NCBI GenBank assembly: GCA_965238175.1
Contig: CBDEGZ010000003.1
Span: 2,080,001 to 2,144,000, forward strand
Reading direction: 5' to 3'
Length of the DNA: 64,000 nucleotides
Origin: Gammaproteobacteria bacterium
Lineage (GTDB): Bacteria > Pseudomonadota > Gammaproteobacteria > CAJXQU01
Within the stretch, counting starts at the first letter, position 1. The number at the start of each line of letters is the position of its first letter. The position numbers and the translations under genes were made by a program. The notes beneath the pieces are model-generated. The model was not told where the DNA came from, ran no database searches, and saw only the letters and a list, made by a program, of their open reading frames with translations. Positions 58,543-64,000 of the stretch are shown piece after piece.

Positions 58543-59654
58543 TTTCTATTTGGACTATGAATTTGAGCTTCCTTATACTTAATTTGCTCGAAAACATATT
58601 CAATAATTATTGGTGCTATAGATATTCCTTGAGTGCTATTTGAGACTAACGCATGGTGATGAAGACCTGGTGTTGTATTAATTTCATTTACAACACAGCC
58701 GCTTTCATTTAGCGGGAGAGTACAATCAGTCATCATCAAATCTACACCAGAGAGCGTCACGTTTATTACTTTACTTATCTCTCTCCCGTAATCCACAATC
58801 GATGAGTGAATTTCATTCATAACGGAATGGTTTTCAAACCGAGAGCACTGATTCGTTGCTGTTTTAACTTCAACGCGCTCACCTTCGGCAGGTATATCAT
58901 TTAAACTAGATCCTCGATCTGATAACGTATATTTGCAATCAAGATCGACTGTCAGAGGTGATAATGCATATGGTACCGTACTATCCAACCTTGTACGATT
59001 TTCTTTATCAATTAAGCTTTCTATGGTGCTTGTGCCATCACCTGTTACACCAGGAGAATCCCTCTTTATCGCATCAATGAGCTCACCATTCAGATAAAGC
59101 AAACGATAATTTTCACCAGGCAATTCCTTTTCAATAATCAGCTTATTTGAAAAGGCAGATGCTTTATTAGAAGATTTATTTAACCTTGAAAAAGTATTCA
59201 CCTTTGTTGTGATCCCCCAACCTCCAGCACCTTCATTAGCTGGTTTTACAACGAAGTTTCCAGAATGCTTTGACATAAAACTTTTTGCTAATGATGTTGT
59301 TGACAAATCATACTCAAGATAATCAGAAACAAGGTGCCCTTGTTCGTTCAAAAGTTTATTAACCAAAGGCTTGTTACCTGCAATTCCTAAAGTGATATGA
59401 TCATCAAGCATTACCTCACCACGTCGCACAAAGGTCGTTTTACCATCACGATTAAGTCGGTAATAGCCATATCCTATAGAATCAATTTCAGCACCAATCT
59501 GATCTGCTAACGTCACCCAATAATTATCGAAGAATTTTTCTCTAGTTACTTCGAATTGATTTCTTAATTTCCATTCCTTGCTAAAAAGAACTGCATGCCC
59601 TCTTTCTAGACCTCTTCGACCGAGAAAGAATCCTTTCTTTATTTTTTCGATCAT
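58539..59654 (-). CDS. ATP-grasp ligase (cyanophycin synthetase/GshF-like module)
   Basis: VVKPANEGAGGWGIT, GENYRLL, GDGTSTIESLI, GVDL, NEINTTPGL. Confidence 0.85.
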   Translation of the reverse strand: MIEKIKKGFFLGRRGLERGHAVLFSKEWKLRNQFEVTREKFFDNYWVTLADQIGAEIDSIGYGYYRLNRDGKTTFVRRGEVMLDDHITLGIAGNKPLVNKLLNEQGHLVSDYLEYDLSTTSLAKSFMSKHSGNFVVKPANEGAGGWGITTKVNTFSRLNKSSNKASAFSNKLIIEKELPGENYRLLYLNGELIDAIKRDSPGVTGDGTSTIESLIDKENRTRLDSTVPYALSPLTVDLDCKYTLSDRGSSLNDIPAEGERVEVKTATNQCSRFENHSVMNEIHSSIVDYGREISKVINVTLSGVDLMMTDCTLPLNESGCVVNEINTTPGLHHHALVSNSTQGISIAPIIIEYVFEQIKYKEAQIHSPNRK

Positions 59655-59686
59655 TTATTAACTCCAAAACCCAACTATTGAATATA

Positions 59687-60406
59687 TTATTTTTTGTTGA
59701 TTACACAGCCCGTAGAATCAAGGTATTTATCCACCCATTGATTTGAAAACTTGCCTTTTTTCACATCAGCAACATAAGACTCAAGTGATTTTTTCTGCAA
59801 GTATAGTTTTGCAAGTGTGTCTTTAGCAAATTCCTGTCGTACAACAACAAGACCACTTTGATCACCAACAATAATATCGCCTGGGTTGACGACTATCCCA
59901 CCACAAGAGATAGGGTAATTAATCTCACCTGGCCCGCGGTGTAATGGGCCTATAGGTGTTTCACCTCGAGCAAAAACTGGCATGCCTACCTCGCGTACAT
60001 CAGGAACATCTCGGATCAAACCATCAATCACGAATCCAGCAATTCCTCGATGTTTTGCTTTACTGGAAATCAGATCACCAAGTACGGCATTGCTTTTTGA
60101 GCCTCCCGCATCTATGACGACGATATCACCAGGTTTAGCAATATCTAGTACCTTATGTACCATCAAGTTATCACCTGGAAACACTTTTACTGTGCAAACA
60201 GGACCACAAATACTTTCAGTATTCACCATATTACGAATGCCCGTATTAATTGCATACATCCGGTTTAATATGTCGGAAATATCGGGCGATTCAAACTGGC
60301 TATACTCTTCAATGATTTTTTTTGAAGGGCGTTTAAAATTCTCTCGAACTCGGAAGCCTGGCCCAGGATTCATTTCTGCGGATTTTGGTGTTGATTTAGC
60401 TGACAT
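59687..60406 (-). CDS. RraA family / HMG aldolase-like protein
   Basis: GDNLMVHK, PGDIVVID, GDL, DGLIRD, GDIIVGD. Confidence 0.88.
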   Translation of the reverse strand: MSAKSTPKSAEMNPGPGFRVRENFKRPSKKIIEEYSQFESPDISDILNRMYAINTGIRNMVNTESICGPVCTVKVFPGDNLMVHKVLDIAKPGDIVVIDAGGSKSNAVLGDLISSKAKHRGIAGFVIDGLIRDVPDVREVGMPVFARGETPIGPLHRGPGEINYPISCGGIVVNPGDIIVGDQSGLVVVRQEFAKDTLAKLYLQKKSLESYVADVKKGKFSNQWVDKYLDSTGCVINKK

Positions 60407-60499
60407 AGTTAACCTCTTAATAAATCACTTATTGTTTTTTAGATAAAAGCGAGACCACCTTTTTAAGATAACGCTCGTTTTCCCCACTCATTTTTTGAA

Positions 60500-61561
60500 T
60501 TACTGGTTTCTTTCACCTTCTATTTTAGAATGAATGGCAGGTCCTCTACGTGGGCCAGTGTTGTAATGATCGGCAAATTCTTCAGTGAGCTCACGCGCTC
60601 CATCAAGATTTACCCATTGACGGAGTAACAGCCTTCTTTTCTTGGGATCTTCATGATCGATAAATGAATCACGATTATGAAAAACAGTATTGTTATTTAG
60701 GAAAGCAATATCACCGACCTCTAAATAAACATCAAAACGAATATCATCTCGCATAGCTAATTCAGCTATATAGTTAATGGCTTCTTTCTCAAGTGTAGTA
60801 AGAGGTTCAACTCCAGGTAATTCTTCTGCAGTTAGAATCGCTTTTTGGTTATAGCGGCAACTGAGTTGATCTTTGTAATAGCTAAATACAGGCACTCTGT
60901 GTTGAGTAATATCCTGATATGGACCAATGGGTCCGTTGCCACGGATATTGTAGTGAAAGCCAGTATATAGAGGTTCTAAATATTCTGGGTGTGTCTCGAC
61001 CAGTTCATTATAAATCGCCATCGTGCATGAAATATTATTCACCCCACCTTCTTTGGCCGGACGAACGCAGAGTAATACAACTAAATCTCCAGAGTCGCAA
61101 TGAGGAGTTAACTGTGCATTAGTTGTATAACCGCGCACCGCTATGTTGGTAGCATAATCACCACCACGATCGCATACATGATCGATTAACGTTCCCTTTG
61201 TATCTTGATTAAATTTCTCACCAAAATGTTTTGTAATACCGGCATAAAGTAACTCGATATCGTCAAGATCCAGGCCTTCGATAGGTGCACCACGCAATAC
61301 AGAAAAACCATAACCTTGATCGAGTTCAGTTTGCATTTGTGATAAAAGCAATCCAAATTGTGGAAGGGGGAAGTTTTCTTTTTTGATATTTTCGACGGTA
61401 CATTCATTCGCTTTTGCAATTTGCAGTGCAGCCAGAATTTCTTGTTGTTGAACAGTAGAAATTATATGTAACCATGACGTGCTTTCCTTCATGTCCTCGG
61501 CATACCAGATGGTGCCGCCGGTTACTTTTCCCTTTAATATTTCAGTTGGCATTATTTGCAA
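60500..61561 (-). CDS. TauD/TfdA (clavaminate synthase-like) Fe(II)/2OG dioxygenase
   Basis: HCD (HxD), GDIAFLNN..VFHNR, RRLLLRQW. Confidence 0.88.
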   Translation of the reverse strand: MQIMPTEILKGKVTGGTIWYAEDMKESTSWLHIISTVQQQEILAALQIAKANECTVENIKKENFPLPQFGLLLSQMQTELDQGYGFSVLRGAPIEGLDLDDIELLYAGITKHFGEKFNQDTKGTLIDHVCDRGGDYATNIAVRGYTTNAQLTPHCDSGDLVVLLCVRPAKEGGVNNISCTMAIYNELVETHPEYLEPLYTGFHYNIRGNGPIGPYQDITQHRVPVFSYYKDQLSCRYNQKAILTAEELPGVEPLTTLEKEAINYIAELAMRDDIRFDVYLEVGDIAFLNNNTVFHNRDSFIDHEDPKKRRLLLRQWVNLDGARELTEEFADHYNTGPRRGPAIHSKIEGERNQ

Positions 61562-61744
61562 TTCTCCTTATAACTAAAGTTTAGAACGATTTCCTCCAGA
61601 TATACTTTTTATAGGGGAAATTTACAGATGATTCAGGGTAAGGTCGAGAACTTAACTGGAGGATCTAGTTAAATATCGTGGCTAACAACATGAAAACTAA
61701 TGAAAACCAATCTCGAGAAAGTCAACATCTACTTAAAACTCACA

Positions 61745-62800
61745 TTAGTCCAAAGTTGTAGGAGCACAAACATCAAGCCCCTTAAGCTGAGTCAAGCGTC
61801 TTATCATAGGTACATATTGAAGACACTCAGAGCGTGACACACCTAAACTGACAATAAGTTCTTTGACTGATTTATTTACATCAGCTTTTTTAATAGCCTC
61901 TAGCTCTAATTCAGAAATGGTGAATTCTTTTTCACCACCAACATAAACCTGGATCACTTCTTTCCAATAAAGTCGCGTGTAATGACGACTGATTCTCTCC
62001 AATTTTGGAGAAACTTTAACGATGTGTTCTAAAAATTGATCATCGTTTGAAGCTAACAATGATTGGGATGTCTCCTGTTGTGTAACAGTCGAAGGATCTT
62101 CACCAATAGGGTCAAGATCCATTGCATTAAATTTAAGATATAGGACACTTGTATTCGCAGGTAACTCACGTTCGTGATAGATAGAGTTTCCACGAAACAG
62201 CAGAACATCGCCTGGCTCCGCATAAATTCTGACCGGCTCAATACCTTGCAATATATTTTCAGGAAGATCTTCTTCATCAAGGCTAGCCCGGTATAAAGCG
62301 GTAGAATTTAAAGGGTTAACATCCAACAAATTTTCAGGCCATAAAACGACATGAGAACCCTCTGGGATCACAAGTGGCAAGCCAACCGTTAACTCAGCTG
62401 CGACGCGATCTTTATGTGGTGGAACATGATTTTTTGCTTCTGATTCGTAAACTTTAATATGCCGTTCACAAAGCTTGAATTTTTCCATCGGCAGCCTCGC
62501 GGTTTTAGCCATTGTTTCAAAACCACTGCCGTAAAAGTCCCATTCTTCAAAATCGTATAAATATTGACGCTTTTTGCCCTTAAAGTGCCAGTTTTCCAAA
62601 TCTTTACTGTTTTCTTCTTGCTTCGCCGCCTGGGCTTTTGCAACCTCTAAAAAGTCAAGATCAATACCATTTTTTACTAATACATAGCCATTTTTGACAT
62701 ACTTATCGACATAATCTTGAGGATTGTAAGTAAAAATATTTTTCTTACTTTTGAAATATGGGGATCTTACTTCTAATGCTCCTGATACGATACTTTCCAA
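61745..62800 (-). CDS. Putative Fe(II)/2OG oxygenase with extra C-terminal domain
   Basis: PPHKDR (HxD) and GDVLLFRGNSIYHER. Confidence 0.65.
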   Translation of the reverse strand: MESIVSGALEVRSPYFKSKKNIFTYNPQDYVDKYVKNGYVLVKNGIDLDFLEVAKAQAAKQEENSKDLENWHFKGKKRQYLYDFEEWDFYGSGFETMAKTARLPMEKFKLCERHIKVYESEAKNHVPPHKDRVAAELTVGLPLVIPEGSHVVLWPENLLDVNPLNSTALYRASLDEEDLPENILQGIEPVRIYAEPGDVLLFRGNSIYHERELPANTSVLYLKFNAMDLDPIGEDPSTVTQQETSQSLLASNDDQFLEHIVKVSPKLERISRHYTRLYWKEVIQVYVGGEKEFTISELELEAIKKADVNKSVKELIVSLGVSRSECLQYVPMIRRLTQLKGLDVCAPTTLD

Positions 62801-63017
62801 TTGTCTTCACCTCATTCCATTGATATTTCAGCAATAATAATACTTGAACTCTATTTGCACTTTATAGCGGCACTAATAATAGATAATTGAGTCGTCGACA
62901 CACAAACACTCAAGTGATTATTATCTTAGATCAATTTTGTGAACAAGTTGACATTCTTTTTCGACACGAGGGTAACTGTAATCTAAACGTAACAATAGAA
63001 GCTCTTAAGTAATTAAT

Positions 63018-64000
63018 CTACCAATCTATTTCCACGTCCAACTGAGTAGAGAGTTCTTTCAGTGCCGATATGGTTTCGTGATCAATATTAATACCTTTTT
63101 TACAGCTGGTTTTGTACTGATCCCAGCGTGCTTCACCAGGAAATAGTACTTTTTTATGATCAAAACCTTCGGCAGAATCTTTTACTAACGTCAATAATTC
63201 TTCTATTCGCAGATGATAGTCTTCGATAGAAATGAGTTTTCCTATATCGATAGTGATAAAGAAGTGTCCATTATCACCACTCTCTTCAAAGTTTTTATAC
63301 ATGGATTTAACGCCGTGAGAAAAGCCCGCCCCCATCAATACTCCTGACAAGATCTCAACCATAAGAGAAATACCAAATCCTTTTGCCCCACCAAAAGGTA
63401 ACAAGGATCCACTAGCCACCTTATTTGGATCTGTAATTGGATTACCGTTTTTATCAATTGCAATGCCCTCTTCTAACTGAATACCCTGCTCACCACTTTT
63501 CGTGATCGAAGAACCCGCACTGGAGGCTGTGGCCATATCCAATAGAATATGTTCACCATTTTTTCTGGGTGCGCCAAATGCAAAAGGATTCGTTCCTAAT
63601 ACCGATTTTACCCCACCATAGGCTGCAACTTTAGGAAAGGAATTGCTCATGACTAACCCAATCATTCCTGACTGACATGCCTGATTGATATAATAAGAAC
63701 CTGCTCCAAAAAAATTGCTGTTGTTAACTCCCACAACCCCAACCCCCATTTGTTGTGCGATTTTTATTGCTTTTTCCATTGCAAGATAGGCAATGTAATG
63801 GCCTGAGCCTTCGTCTGCATTCATAACAGAAACTGAGGCTGTGGATTGAATAGTCTTAGGAGAGCAAGGAGATTTTATCAATCCTTTTTTGAAACGTTTA
63901 GTCAATAAAGGCAGTCGCCAGACACCTTGGTTATGTCGCCCAATTTGATCACACCAAACTAAAACCTGACTTAATATCTTTGCTTCTTTCACATCACAAT
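63018..64000 (-). CDS. Second Ldh_2 family oxidoreductase (5' end outside the window)
   Basis: GRHNQGVWRLP, GTNPFAFGAPR, FGGAKGFG, FPGE; the frame stays open to the window edge. Confidence 0.88.
   Translation of the reverse strand, partial: CDVKEAKILSQVLVWCDQIGRHNQGVWRLPLLTKRFKKGLIKSPCSPKTIQSTASVSVMNADEGSGHYIAYLAMEKAIKIAQQMGVGVVGVNNSNFFGAGSYYINQACQSGMIGLVMSNSFPKVAAYGGVKSVLGTNPFAFGAPRKNGEHILLDMATASSAGSSITKSGEQGIQLEEGIAIDKNGNPITDPNKVASGSLLPFGGAKGFGISLMVEILSGVLMGAGFSHGVKSMYKNFEESGDNGHFFITIDIGKLISIEDYHLRIEELLTLVKDSAEGFDHKKVLFPGEARWDQYKTSCKKGINIDHETISALKELSTQLDVEIDW

Overview
Chromosomal replication-terminus region of an AT-rich gammaproteobacterium. From left to right: (1) a Rieske oxygenase and a czcI-CBA-type heavy-metal RND efflux operon; (2) a 7-gene putative trans-envelope electron conduit (8517-19610) made of 5-, 4- and 10-heme cytochromes c, an AMIN-domain beta-barrel, a membrane-anchored FAD/NAD(P)H/2Fe-2S reductase, a cNMP-binding/4x[4Fe-4S] fusion and a di-heme-b-like membrane protein; (3) rlmG, hit at its first codons by a 15,026-bp Mu-like element (20966-35991, TG...CA ends, TATTC target duplication) that lacks transposase, repressor, capsid and tail-tube genes and has two divergent arms; (4) 7 bp past that duplication, the dif site with an integrated filamentous phage (36004-43664) whose repressor ORF crosses the att core; (5) the conserved tatD-pilZ-holB-tmk-mltG-pabC-fabF-acpP-fabG-fabD-fabH-plsX-rpmF-yceD / maf / sppA block; (6) an accessory cluster with two ATP-grasp ligases, two Fe(II)/2OG oxygenases, an RraA-like aldolase and two Ldh_2 dehydrogenases that runs off the window edge. 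All calls come from reading motifs and synteny by eye; no database search was run.
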